DNA of 64,000 bases from Aureliella sp. (GCA_963691875.1 OY829846.1:4000001-4064000); one strand, 5' to 3'; counted from the stretch's first letter, positions 19,829 to 30,245 are shown. A program made the numbers and translations. Notes: generated from the letters alone by a model not told the origin.

Positions 19829-20198
19829 GGCTGGCCTCGAGAAGCTCAATCCATCTTCAAATTTCACCCTGACTTTACCCAAGGCGGCTTTGCAGAAGAA
19901 GCACGATCTTTTCCCTAGGCGGCTTTGCTGAAACTGCAGAGACTAAATCCAAAACTTGAAATACTGACAAGTATCAAACTTTGATCGCCTCGTATGCATT
20001 CAGCATTCACTGTAGCGGACACCCTAAATTCGAGAACTTCCTCGTATTTTTCCGAACCTCGTGATGTGGGAACCCGATCTAGGTTAACGTGAACGCAACT
20101 CGCGATTCGAGTCGCGATAACAAGAAACTCGATCGCATGATTCTCGTGCGACCACTTTCCGCCCTTCATTGGCGTCATCAGGGCTAAGACGCTGCATC

Positions 20199-21302
20199 AT
20201 GAACGCAAGTAAACTACGGCGGCAGATCTGCTATGAAGCCGCTCGAGCGATGTACTTTCGCCATGAGTCGGAGTACTATCGAGCCAAGCTCAAGGCGGCA
20301 CGTAGACTGTGCAAAGGCTGGGTCAAACCAGCTGATCTACCCAGCAACGCCGAAATTCGCGACGAGATCCAAACACTTGCGCGACTCTACGAAGGAGACA
20401 AGCGCACCGACAACTTGCAACATATGCGGTTGGTTGCTTTGCGCGTGATGCGCATGCTAGGGCGATTTCGACCGCGACTGATTGGCAGCACTTTGACCGG
20501 CCACGTCCGCCAAGGCTCCGATATCGATATTCATGTGTTCACCGATAGCATCGAAGCGATCACCTCCGCTCTCGATGAACAGATGCTGTTTTACGAGGTC
20601 GAAAGAAAACGTGTTCGCAAGGATGGGGAGGAGCGTGTCTATACACATATCCATCTGAAAGACATTTTTCCGGTCGAGCTAACTTGCTACACCACGAATT
20701 GGATCAACCATACATTTAAGAGCTCCATCACTGGTAAACCCATCGAGAGAGCTTCCATTACTCAGCTGGAACAAATTTTAGCATCTGAATATCCTAACCT
20801 GGATATCGAAGAAACCCTCTTCGAGATAGACGAACGTCCAGACCGTTTCCAATTTTACTTTGCGTTGCTGCTGCCGCTTGAGAATGTTAAGCAACATCCA
20901 AAGTACCATCCAGAAGGCGACGTACTTTATCACTCGCTCCAAGTCTTCGATTTGGCGGTCGACGAGTTGCCTTACGACGAAGAGTTTCTATTGGCCGCCC
21001 TCTTACACGATGTTGGCAAAGGCATCGACCCGCAGGATCACGTCTTGGCCGGTCTCGAAGCTCTCGATGGTTTCATCACTGAACGGACTGCATGGCTGAT
21101 CGAGTATCACATGGAAGCACACAAGATTCTCGACGGAACCATTGGAGCGCGCGCTCATCGTCGGCTGCGCGAGAACGAAAGCTACGAGGAACTTGTGACG
21201 CTGTGCAAATGCGACCGGGCTGGACGCGTGGCTGGCGTGGAGACTTGCGAGCTTGAGGCAGCAATCGAATACGTCCGAGAATTGGGGTACTCCAATGGAT
21301 AA
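20199..21302 (+). CDS. Nucleotidyltransferase domain + HD domain fusion protein
   Basis: Pol-beta-type motif LIGSTLTG..SDIDIH; C-terminal YHPEGDVLYHS..ALLHDVGK..CDR. Confidence 0.85.
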   Translation: MNASKLRRQICYEAARAMYFRHESEYYRAKLKAARRLCKGWVKPADLPSNAEIRDEIQTLARLYEGDKRTDNLQHMRLVALRVMRMLGRFRPRLIGSTLTGHVRQGSDIDIHVFTDSIEAITSALDEQMLFYEVERKRVRKDGEERVYTHIHLKDIFPVELTCYTTNWINHTFKSSITGKPIERASITQLEQILASEYPNLDIEETLFEIDERPDRFQFYFALLLPLENVKQHPKYHPEGDVLYHSLQVFDLAVDELPYDEEFLLAALLHDVGKGIDPQDHVLAGLEALDGFITERTAWLIEYHMEAHKILDGTIGARAHRRLRENESYEELVTLCKCDRAGRVAGVETCELEAAIEYVRELGYSNG

Positions 21303-21987
21303 AGCACTAGGGCAAGATGATCAGTCGAAAGCTAATATCAACACCGCTACCGAGGGCTTGCTACGCCAGCATTTGGAAGAGCGATTGGTCGACTCTGACT
21401 TGTTATCACAGCGACAAGCGGGGCGTCATCGCTTCAGTCCAGACCTCTCTTATGGCAGACACTTCTCGCCGCCTTTTTCAGACAGCAAACCGGCCGCTGT
21501 GATGATCTTGCTTGAAAAACGCGAGCATCAATGGAGCATTCCGCTTACCGTTCGGCCGCAACACTTGCCTGATCACCCGGGGCAGATTTCGTTTCCCGGC
21601 GGGAGAATCGAAGGCGAAGAATCAGCAGAACAAGCGGCGATTCGAGAGTTCGAAGAAGAGCTGGGCGTCGCTTTCTCAGGCGACATACTCGGCGAACTTC
21701 AAGCGCTATTTGTCTACAACAGTAATTACGCTGTTCGCCCGTTTGTAGCGATTCGCTCCAGCGAGAGCCCCAGTATCTCCTACGATCCGTGCGTCCATGA
21801 AGTAGAGCGATTGATCCATCTGCCGATAACGACTTTGACCGACGTCAGCTGTCACCCCTTAAAGGGTTTTCGGCGTGGCCGCGTCAACTGGAAGGCTCGA
21901 GTCATCCAATACCAAAAAGATCAAGTTTGGGGCGCTACCGCCATTATGCTCGGCGAACTCGCGGCCTGCCTCAAGGGTCTTGGTTAG
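21295..21987 (+). CDS. Nudix hydrolase, CoA pyrophosphatase-like
   Basis: HPGQISFPGGRIEGEESAEQAAIREFEEELG Nudix box, VWGATA. Confidence 0.9.
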   Translation: MDKALGQDDQSKANINTATEGLLRQHLEERLVDSDLLSQRQAGRHRFSPDLSYGRHFSPPFSDSKPAAVMILLEKREHQWSIPLTVRPQHLPDHPGQISFPGGRIEGEESAEQAAIREFEEELGVAFSGDILGELQALFVYNSNYAVRPFVAIRSSESPSISYDPCVHEVERLIHLPITTLTDVSCHPLKGFRRGRVNWKARVIQYQKDQVWGATAIMLGELAACLKGLG

Positions 21988-22292
21988 AGTGCGACACGCG
22001 GGCGAGTCCATCGTTTAGCGCCCAGCCGCAGGCGCCGACTCCCCAATCTCGGTGGAAAATATTCAGTTGACTCAGATGCGAGCGGGCTCAGTTAAAGAAA
22101 ATGAACCTAGTTTCCGCCTGCTTACTTGAGTCCATCGCGTTACCGTCGGCCAAGAAAGTTGCCTACCCCTTGAACTTTAGTCGCGTACAATCGTGGACCG
22201 AAACTTCGCCTCAGGTTTACACTCGCCGATTGCCCGGCAACCCAACGTGGTAGAGACGAACAAGAAACAAAATCACTGGGACAGAATTAACG

Positions 22293-23309
22293 ATGATTCG
22301 AGTCGGGATAGTTGGCTGTTCAGGCTACACGGCAATCGAAGCCATTCGGTGGCTCATGCACCATCCGCAAGCCGAGATTGTAGCCGCCACCAGCCGTCAA
22401 GCAGATGGCTCATGCATCAGTCAAATGCATCCTGAACTTATCGAGAGACTAAGCCTCGAAGTTGAGGACTTGTCGCCCGAGCAGATTGCCGAACGTTGCG
22501 ATATCGCGTTTTGCTGTCTGCCCCATGCTGCATCCGCTCCGATCGTGGCCAAGATCTTACAAGCTGGAAAGAAAGTCGTTGATCTAAGTGCCGATTATCG
22601 CCTCAGCAGCGCCGATCTCTACGAGCAATGGTATGGCGGGACTCACCCCGATCCCGAGCGTCTCGGTACGACTCCTTACGGCCTTCCGGAACTTTTCGAG
22701 GAGCAAATCTCAGGCGCCACGCTAGTTGCTAATCCTGGCTGCTATCCGACCAGTGCCATTTTACCACTTGCGCCTTTGCTCAAGGCAGAATTGATCGAAG
22801 CCGAGCCAATCGTCGTCGATTCCAAAAGCGGAGTCAGCGGAGCAGGCCGTACTCCGAAGATGGTGAATCTCTACTCAGAAGCCAACGAGTCCTTCATGGC
22901 TTACGGAGTTGGAACACATCGCCACCAACCTGAGATTATCGACATCTTACACCGGAGCACTGGCGCTCAGGTAGACTTGGTCTTCACCCCGCACTTGGTT
23001 CCCATGGATCGCGGGATTCTCTCTACGATTTATGTCAAAGTGAAAGGTGAGCATAGCGCGAATGACCTGCAGACCTGCCTGATAGATTTCTACAAGACGC
23101 AACCATTCGTTCGAGTTGTGGATCACCTTCCAGCCACGCGAAACGTGACGCGTACGAACTTCTGCGACATTGCGGTTCGCCAGCACGGAAGCTGGATGGT
23201 GCTTGTTTCAGCCATCGACAACTTGACGAAGGGTGCCTCCGGAGCCGCCATCCAGTGTATGAACGTCATGTACGGCTTGGACCAAACTCTTGGACTCGTC
23301 GACCAGTAA
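22293..23309 (+). CDS. argC: N-acetyl-gamma-glutamyl-phosphate reductase
   Basis: GIVGCSGYTA, ANPGCYPT, SGVSGAGR, IDNLTKGASG. Confidence 0.96.
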   Translation: MIRVGIVGCSGYTAIEAIRWLMHHPQAEIVAATSRQADGSCISQMHPELIERLSLEVEDLSPEQIAERCDIAFCCLPHAASAPIVAKILQAGKKVVDLSADYRLSSADLYEQWYGGTHPDPERLGTTPYGLPELFEEQISGATLVANPGCYPTSAILPLAPLLKAELIEAEPIVVDSKSGVSGAGRTPKMVNLYSEANESFMAYGVGTHRHQPEIIDILHRSTGAQVDLVFTPHLVPMDRGILSTIYVKVKGEHSANDLQTCLIDFYKTQPFVRVVDHLPATRNVTRTNFCDIAVRQHGSWMVLVSAIDNLTKGASGAAIQCMNVMYGLDQTLGLVDQ

Positions 23310-23364
23310 AACTTGTTTATCAGTAGACTTGCCACCACAATCGTTTTTCTCCTGAGAGCACTTC

Positions 23365-24549
23365 ATGAAACTTCCCAAAGGTTATCGCTTCGCCGGTACA
23401 GCCTGCGGCGTCAAGTCCAGTGGAGCCAAAGATGTTTCACTGGTGTTATCTGACGTCCCGGCGACGGGAGCTGGAGTTTACACGCAGAATCAAGTTGTAG
23501 CGGCTCCCGTTCTGAACTGCCGCAGCAAGACTCCCTCCGGCAGCCTAAGGGCGATCATTACCAACAGTGGCAATGCAAACGCTTGCACAGGCGAAAAAGG
23601 CATCCAGGACTCAGCACGGATGTGTGATTTGACCGCTGAGACCTGCGGAGTTGAGCCTGAACAAACACTTGTTATGAGCACTGGCATCATTGGTCAGTTC
23701 CTGCCCATGGCTGCCATTGAGCAAGGTATCCGCGATTCAGCCAACTCTCTCGGTAATTCAGAACAGCACTTTCTCGATTCGGCAGACGGTATTCTGACCA
23801 CAGATCAATCCCGAAAAACTGCCAATTGCTCTCTGGATCTTGGCGGAACGAAAATCGAGCTGGTGGGCATGGCCAAGGGCGCTGGAATGATTGGGCCCAA
23901 CATGGCAACGATGCTTTGCACCTGTTTGACTGATGCGAAACTCTCCTCAGATCAAGCGGATCGTCTTCTACGTCGTGCTGCAGATCTTTCCTTTAATCAG
24001 ATTAGCGTTGAAGGGCACACCAGCACCAACGACACCATGCTGCTACTTGCCAATGGAGCCGCTGGTGGCGAAGAACTTGATGAGCAGCAAGAGCAAGAAT
24101 TTGCAGGACAACTCAACGCCATGTGTATCGAGCTAGCCAAGCAGATACCAATCGATGGTGAAGGCGCAAGCCACTTAATCGAAGTAGCTATCACCGGGGC
24201 AGCAAGTGACGCTGAAGCTCAACTAATTGCTCGTACGGTAGCGGCCAGTAACTTGGTCAAAACGGCCATTTACGGCAACGATCCGAACTGGGGACGGATT
24301 GTTTCCGCAGCTGGATACGCTGGACCACCACTAGTTCATCAACATCTTCGGTTGGAGCTGAACGGATTCACCCTGTTCGACGCAGGCGAACCTATTGCCT
24401 TTGATGAGCCCGCTGCCAGCGCGACCCTCCGAGATCAATCCGTGGCTCGAATTGAGCTGACTGTCGGCGAAGGTCCTGGCATTTGCACTCACTGGACCAG
24501 CGACCTTACCGTAGAATATGTCCGATTCAATTCGGAATATAGCACTTGA
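23365..24549 (+). CDS. argJ: Bifunctional glutamate N-acetyltransferase / amino-acid acetyltransferase
   Basis: NSGNANACTG, KGAGMIGPNMATML, TSTND, DGEGA, DPNWGRI. Confidence 0.96.
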   Translation: MKLPKGYRFAGTACGVKSSGAKDVSLVLSDVPATGAGVYTQNQVVAAPVLNCRSKTPSGSLRAIITNSGNANACTGEKGIQDSARMCDLTAETCGVEPEQTLVMSTGIIGQFLPMAAIEQGIRDSANSLGNSEQHFLDSADGILTTDQSRKTANCSLDLGGTKIELVGMAKGAGMIGPNMATMLCTCLTDAKLSSDQADRLLRRAADLSFNQISVEGHTSTNDTMLLLANGAAGGEELDEQQEQEFAGQLNAMCIELAKQIPIDGEGASHLIEVAITGAASDAEAQLIARTVAASNLVKTAIYGNDPNWGRIVSAAGYAGPPLVHQHLRLELNGFTLFDAGEPIAFDEPAASATLRDQSVARIELTVGEGPGICTHWTSDLTVEYVRFNSEYST

Positions 24550-24571
24550 TAGACCGCTCGGCCTCGTTCGC

Positions 24572-25018
24572 ATGACTTCTTCCTCGCAGCCCAAACTTGA
24601 ACCAAGCTCTGGCTCACGAACGGTCATAGGCATTGGAACGGACATCGTCGAATGTTCCCGCATCCGACAGATGTTAGACAAGCATGGCGAAACGTTCCTA
24701 GGACGCGTATATACACCTGAGGAGATTGAATATAGCTCAGGACGCAAAGCCTCAGATCAACACTACGCGGGGCGCTGGGCTGCTAAAGAAGCCGTACTAA
24801 AAGCCCTCGGCACAGGCTGGGCACACGGCATTCAGTGGACGGATATCGAAGTTGTCAATCAGCAAGGCGGCAAGCCAATTATTATGCTTAGCGGAAGAGC
24901 CTTGGAAATCAGCCAGAAGCAGGGCATTGATGAGATGATGATTAGCATCTCACACTGCAAGGAATACGCCACTGCCTACGCTACTGCCATGGGCCGCCCG
25001 ACTGACTCTGACAGGTAA
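24572..25018 (+). CDS. acpS: Holo-ACP synthase
   Basis: GIGTDIV, AGRWAAKEAVLKALGTG, ISISH. Confidence 0.94.
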   Translation: MTSSSQPKLEPSSGSRTVIGIGTDIVECSRIRQMLDKHGETFLGRVYTPEEIEYSSGRKASDQHYAGRWAAKEAVLKALGTGWAHGIQWTDIEVVNQQGGKPIIMLSGRALEISQKQGIDEMMISISHCKEYATAYATAMGRPTDSDR

Positions 25019-25025
25019 CTAATCC

Positions 25026-26072
25026 ATGCCAAGATCGATGGTCCTTCTAACAATGGGTCACACCGAGCCGCGTCGCGCGAAGACAGCGACCGGCTTGCTT
25101 CGCTTTTGCCCAGACGAATGCGTAGCGGTGTTGGATCCGGAGAACGCCGGCCGCAAGGTAAGCGAACTCCTCGGAGTCGGCGGCGACACTCCAATTATTG
25201 CCAAGCTCTCTGAAGTGCCGCAAGCTGATACTTTTGTTCTCGGAATCGCAACACCTGGAGGCAAAATTCCGGCAGAGTGGAGAACTCTTATCCTGGAAGC
25301 GATATCCAGCGACATGGACGTCTTAAATGGACTGCACGAGTTCTTAAGTGACGATGCTGAATTCGTCGACGCGGCAGAGAAGCATAGCGTCCAAATCAAG
25401 GACGTGCGCAAGAACGATTTCAAGGAGATTGCTCAGCGACCCAAGTTTCGAGAAGACTGCTTGCGTATTCACACAGTCGGGCATGATTGCAGCGTGGGAA
25501 AAATGCTGGCCAGCCTGGAGATCACGCAAGGCTTGCAGAGTCGCGGCCGCGATGCACAATTTGTTGCAACGGGTCAGACGGGAATCATGATCGCTGGCGA
25601 TGGCTTGCCACTGGATTGTGTGGCAGCAGATTTCGTGAGCGGCGCCGCAGAACAACTTGTGCTCGACAACGAATCTCATGAGATTTTAGTGATCGAAGGG
25701 CAGGGGAGCCTCGTGCATCCCTCCTATTCCCAAGTCACGCTCGGGCTACTTCAGGGAGCTCAGCCTCAGGGTCTCATCATGGTCTTTGAAGCCGGACGAG
25801 AGAACGTGGCTGGCTTGGAGCACGTTCCCCTATTGAACCTACCCAAGCAACGCGAGCTATTTGAGACTATGGGGAGTCTATATCGGCCATGCGAAACTAT
25901 CGGAATCGCGATGAATGGCCGCAAGCTCCCAGAGAAGCAAGCAAACGAGATTGCCGGCAAAGTAAGTGAAATGCTAGAATTGCCAGTCTGCGATGTGGTC
26001 CGCGAAGGACCGCAACTTTTGCTGGACGCCATTGAACAGTTCCATAGCAGTTCTCGCTGGCGTTACCGTTAA
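25026..26072 (+). CDS. DUF1611 family P-loop protein (DgcN-like)
   Basis: NGLHEFL, TVGHDCSVGKM, ATGQTGIMI, IEGQGSLVHP. Confidence 0.87.
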   Translation: MPRSMVLLTMGHTEPRRAKTATGLLRFCPDECVAVLDPENAGRKVSELLGVGGDTPIIAKLSEVPQADTFVLGIATPGGKIPAEWRTLILEAISSDMDVLNGLHEFLSDDAEFVDAAEKHSVQIKDVRKNDFKEIAQRPKFREDCLRIHTVGHDCSVGKMLASLEITQGLQSRGRDAQFVATGQTGIMIAGDGLPLDCVAADFVSGAAEQLVLDNESHEILVIEGQGSLVHPSYSQVTLGLLQGAQPQGLIMVFEAGRENVAGLEHVPLLNLPKQRELFETMGSLYRPCETIGIAMNGRKLPEKQANEIAGKVSEMLELPVCDVVREGPQLLLDAIEQFHSSSRWRYR

Positions 26073-26294
26073 AAGCCGCACAATTCACACCTCAAATCCT
26101 GCCAATTCAACAGGCCGAATTTCTGCTCGCTGGGCTCGAAAGCACGATTGAACTATCGTAAGCAAGCAGACTTTGCTGCCTTTGCATCCGCATATGTTTA
26201 CCACCGACGAGGGCTGGCCTTGGACTAACGTTGCCCCAAGGCAGCAGTCCGGCCTTTTTCGCCCTTCCGCTCCATCCTAAAAAGTATCGTTGCC

Positions 26295-26777
26295 ATGCTA
26301 AAACTGCTGACCCCACTTGGTCTCTATGCCGCTCTTTGCACGATTTCGGGATGTGCAAATATTGATGTCTACGACGAGGCTGTGATTCATGAAAGCGGAG
26401 AACCCGGCTATATCACGGTGCAACATTGTCTGATCAGTTTCAATGGTGCGAATCCCCAGATCTCCTCCACACGAACCCAGGAAGAGGCGAAGGCGTTGGC
26501 TTATGAGCTGTTTGAGAAAGCCAAAGCTGGCGAGGATTTTGATCGCATCGTGAAAAAGTACACGGACGATTCACCACCAGGCATCTACCGCATGGCAAAC
26601 TTTGGCCTCAAAGATGACATGGAGAGTATCGTTCCCAGCAAAAAGATCTTCGCTCGCAACGGAATGGTTCCAGCTTTTGGCGATGTCGGTTTCCCTCTGA
26701 ATGTTGGGGAATTCGGCATCTCTGAATACTCAGATAAGAGCCCCTATGGCTGGCATATCATCAAGCGATTGAAGTAG
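26295..26777 (+). CDS. Parvulin (PpiC-type) peptidyl-prolyl isomerase, probable lipoprotein
   Basis: Lipobox ISGC, VQHCLI, MVPAF, SPYGWHIIKR. Confidence 0.88.
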   Translation: MLKLLTPLGLYAALCTISGCANIDVYDEAVIHESGEPGYITVQHCLISFNGANPQISSTRTQEEAKALAYELFEKAKAGEDFDRIVKKYTDDSPPGIYRMANFGLKDDMESIVPSKKIFARNGMVPAFGDVGFPLNVGEFGISEYSDKSPYGWHIIKRLK

Positions 26778-26893
26778 TCTTACCGCAGGGGCTCGGACTA
26801 GTCCTCCAAGCAGCGCCTCCTTTTGCATTTTGGCTGAACAACTACAATCATTGTTTTCAGCCATGCATTTCTACTCAAACGAGGCGTCCTAGA

Positions 26894-28007
26894 ATGAGTG
26901 ACAGTGAATTGACCAATCGTTCCCAAGCGATTCGTCAACGTCTGACGCAACTTCAGGACAGTCTTTGACTTCGATAAGAAGCTCTCCGAGATCGCTGCCG
27001 TTGAAGAGGAAATGGCCGCAGCTGGTTTCTGGAACAATCAAGAAACGGCTCAAGCCACAGTTGCCAAACTGAAGGGCTTGAGGCTCGTCGTTGTACCACT
27101 CAAAGAGTCTCTTTCTTCTGCGGATGATCTCGAAGGCTTGCTGGAATTCCTCGAAGAGGACGAATCCGCCCGAGACGAAGTCGTTAGCGAAATCGAACGC
27201 CTGGACAAAGTCGTAGAAGAGCTCGAGCTGAAAGCGCTCCTCAACGGAACACACGATAACGCCGGAGCCATCCTGAGCGTCCACGCCCGAGACGGCGGTG
27301 TCGACGCCAACGATTGGGCTGCGATGCTGCTGGAAATGTACATCAACTGGGGCAATAAAGGTGATTACGACGTCGAGCTGATTGATCGACAAGACAACGA
27401 AGAAGCCGGCATCACCAACGCCACCATCGCAGTTCGCGGACCCATGGCATATGGATATCTCAAAGGCGAGCAAGGCATCCATCGCTTGGTCCGTATCAGC
27501 CCTTTCAACGCCGAGGGCAAGCGTCAGACTAGTTTTGCCGCGGTCGACGTATCACCTGAAATCAGCGATAGCGTTGAAGTAGAAATTGAAGAAAAGGATG
27601 TGCGTGAAGATACCTACCGCGCTAGCGGGGCAGGGGGGCAGCACGTCAACAAAACGGATAGCGCCGTACGTCTAACGCACAATCCAACCGGAGTTGTGGT
27701 CCAGTGCCAGAGCGAGCGAAGCCAGCACAAGAATCGTGCGAATGCTTGGAAGATGCTCAGAGCAAGGATGGCGCGGATTGAGGAAGAGAAGCGCGAAGAA
27801 GAGCAAGCGGCCAAGTACCAAAACAAAGTCCGACAAAAGGGATTCGGGGCTCAGATCCGTAACTACTTCTTGCACCCTGACCAGCGAATCAAAGACAATC
27901 GCACTGAATACTCGCAAAACAACTTCCACAATGTGATGGCAGGCGACATCCAAGGATTCATGGACGCCTTCCTTCGCTGGCGAATGGGCCAGGACGTTTC
28001 CGAGTAG
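26894..28007 (+). CDS. prfB: Peptide chain release factor 2, with +1 programmed frameshift (about 370 aa)
   Basis: ATG 26894 gives MSDSELTNRSQAIRQRLTQLQDSL then CTT TGA C at 26963-26969; the +1 frame (DFDKKL...) is the 27012 ORF frame; SPF and GGQ motifs. Confidence 0.96.
26954..26969 (+). promoter_or_regulatory. prfB autoregulatory +1 frameshift site
   Basis: CAGGAC AGT CTT TGA C: canonical slippery CTT-TGA-C with a weak internal SD-like AGGA. Confidence 0.92.
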
Positions 28008-28026
28008 GCCCTCGTCATCTCTAACC

Positions 28027-28107
28027 TTAGTGGGATTTGCCAGAATTCCTGAGTCGCACGTTTCGACAGAATTCCTAAGCTGCGAAATTTCTGGCGAAAT
28101 CCACTAC
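28027..28107. repeat. Inverted pair of GTAG-footed REP-like palindromes downstream of prfB
   Basis: TTAGTGGGATTTGCCAGAATTCC (28027-28049) and 28084-28107 (reverse complement GTAGTGGATTTCGCCAGAAATTTC). Confidence 0.72.
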
Positions 28108-28113
28108 GAAAAT

Positions 28114-28515
28114 CTATTCTCTATCTTTTTGGCGCCCACCCAGATGGTGACCAACCCAAGTTGCGTGCCGGTCCATCAGATCGTTCGTTGTCGACCCGAA
28201 TACAGAGCCGTGATTCGCGAACTGGGTGACTTGAGTCAGAGTTTGGTGACTGTTCTAGATGTGCCCCGCTTCGACACTGGCATTGATCGTTCCTTGGCCC
28301 ATAAAGCCCGCATCGTAGAGCGTTGCACCGAGAAGGGTATTGATGTTGATGCCGTTAGCGAAGATTCCAGGTCTCTTAGAAGCGATGTGATTGATGCCTT
28401 GTCCCTCTTGCGCATCGGCGCGGTGTGAGAGAAATAGCAAAGCTAGGCAAAGTAGGCTTGAGGCTCGGATAGCCATCGTGAACACCTTGATGAAAATTTT
28501 TCCATAATCTGTCAT
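28114..28515 (-). pseudogene. Truncated secreted S8 (subtilase-like) peptidase with internal TAG
   Basis: Signal peptide (ADA), GFMGQGTINASVEAGHI, TAG at 28255-28257, then in frame NSHQTL..DRHATWVGHHLGGR (His-site-like); ends before any catalytic Ser region. Confidence 0.65.
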
Positions 28516-28809
28516 TATTCACAGCCTGCGCCCCCTGAAAGGGTGGTCAAGATGCTGGTCACCCGGATTGGCTTCCAGTTTCGCGCTCTGAATGTTTCTC
28601 GGTCCTGTCGTCTGCATTTGAAACTAGGTCTGCCGGCAGCTCGCCCAAGCACTCCAAAGGCAGGCTTTTTCCCACTAATCTTGACGAGCAGTAGCTCGGG
28701 TTTTTCCTTCTTTGCTCTAGCCAGAATAATCTAGGGGGCGTATTCTTGCATTAAAGGTTGCTACGCGACTTCTTGGTGAGAATCCTCTACTTCTGGAAAA
28801 AGAGCTGAT

Positions 28810-29937
28810 ATGCGTTACGAATTCCGACTAGCTGAGCTTTTAGGGCATACTCCTGATCGCAGAAAGCGGCCGGGTACGATCAAGGCGATTGTCGAATACA
28901 CCGGACTGGATCGCCATCAAGTTGCATCTTTGCTTAAGAACGAAGCCAAGTACATTCCGCTCGAAGCTCTCTCGCGCCTCTGTGATTACCTGGTTGAGCA
29001 CGGCTATGCGAGCGCGGACGAGCTTCCGGGGGTTTTGTTCTCCGTCAAACCCGAACACTTTTGGGAATTGCTTGCGCGACGGCGACGCCTGGAAATCTGC
29101 GTCGGCGTACGTAGACCAGATGACAAGCCGGAAACGGCATGGGTCGTTGCATCCGACGCAGTGTTGCTAGGCGAAGTTCTCAGTGGTGTAACCACTTTGG
29201 GCGGCACCGATAAACTCGCTCGGACACAACCCACTACAACCCGAGACTTGCCAACTCATCCAGAACACATGCGTCAAACGCTGGTTTGGAGCCCTAGCAT
29301 AAATGACGCTGGACCAGCCATTGGGCGCTCGAACAAAGTCTACGAATCTTTCACGTCTTCACCGGGCGACAAAGCACTTATTTGCCTTGGCAGTGTCAAA
29401 AGTAATCCAATCGTCGATCGCGTTATCGCTGATACTTTCTCTGCCGAGCCATTTCAGTCGGAGGACGATGTAAGCAAAGCAAGCGAACGACGTAGTCCAT
29501 TCTTCCTCCGGTATCGAGACAGCGACCCACACGTACCTTGCTGTTCTGCTGGATTGCAGTTGAGCAAGACAGAATCTGCCGATCAACCCGGCATCTACTA
29601 TGAACAAGCGGATGGCACTTGGAAGTATGCTGGTAGCCAAGACTCGGCTTTGGTGTTCTACGTTTATCGTGAGTCCCTGGGACGGCTAGAAATGGTCCTC
29701 AGCGGCTTTAGTGGTCGAGCGACTCGGCTGCTTGCTCGCACGATGGCGAATCGCAGCGAAGAATTCTGGCCTCCGGTCTACCAGGAAAACTACCTGCAAA
29801 TCGGTGCTTTCATTGTTCAGTACGATGCATCCAGTGACGAGAGCGAACAAGACGACATTCTACGAACGGATGAAGTTGGCAATCCAACAATCATTCCATT
29901 GCCTCGCGAAGCCATCGCCCGCCGCATGGAACGCTAG
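28810..29937 (+). CDS. Protein with N-terminal Cro/C1-type HTH and unknown C-terminal domain
   Basis: IKAIVEYTGLDRHQVASLLKNEAKYIPLEALSRLCDYL fits an XRE/Cro HTH. Confidence 0.75.
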   Translation: MRYEFRLAELLGHTPDRRKRPGTIKAIVEYTGLDRHQVASLLKNEAKYIPLEALSRLCDYLVEHGYASADELPGVLFSVKPEHFWELLARRRRLEICVGVRRPDDKPETAWVVASDAVLLGEVLSGVTTLGGTDKLARTQPTTTRDLPTHPEHMRQTLVWSPSINDAGPAIGRSNKVYESFTSSPGDKALICLGSVKSNPIVDRVIADTFSAEPFQSEDDVSKASERRSPFFLRYRDSDPHVPCCSAGLQLSKTESADQPGIYYEQADGTWKYAGSQDSALVFYVYRESLGRLEMVLSGFSGRATRLLARTMANRSEEFWPPVYQENYLQIGAFIVQYDASSDESEQDDILRTDEVGNPTIIPLPREAIARRMER

Positions 29938-30191
29938 TCAACAAGCCGGTACCACTTTCCGTCTGCATTTGCTCGTCGTAGGTGTTTCTAAGTTGTTTAG
30001 TACTTGCTCCCTAGGCTAGAGTTATCTAGACCACTCAGCGGTCTCCAGGCCGAACTGTCGACTGAAATCGACCGAATGGCCTACGAGTGATCTTGTTCCT
30101 AACTATGGATGCACAGTTCGCCCTGCGATAAAGATGCCGACGTTCGCGCCATCTCAAACGCGGCGCTAGCGATGCACCACGCTGAGCTTTA

Positions 30192-30214
30192 GAAAAGGGG
30201 TCCGGTCTCTTTTC
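30192..30214. repeat. Short imperfect palindrome between convergent genes (REP-like or bidirectional terminator)
   Basis: GAAAAGGGGTCCGGTCTCTTTTC, with A and T runs on both arms. Confidence 0.45.
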
Positions 30215-30245
30215 ACACCTCGCACACAGGGTTCTCTCCGGTTGG

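Noticed and set aside
28030..28428. 132-aa plus-strand ORF
   Set aside because: Starts in the REP pair and is antisense to the subtilase remnant
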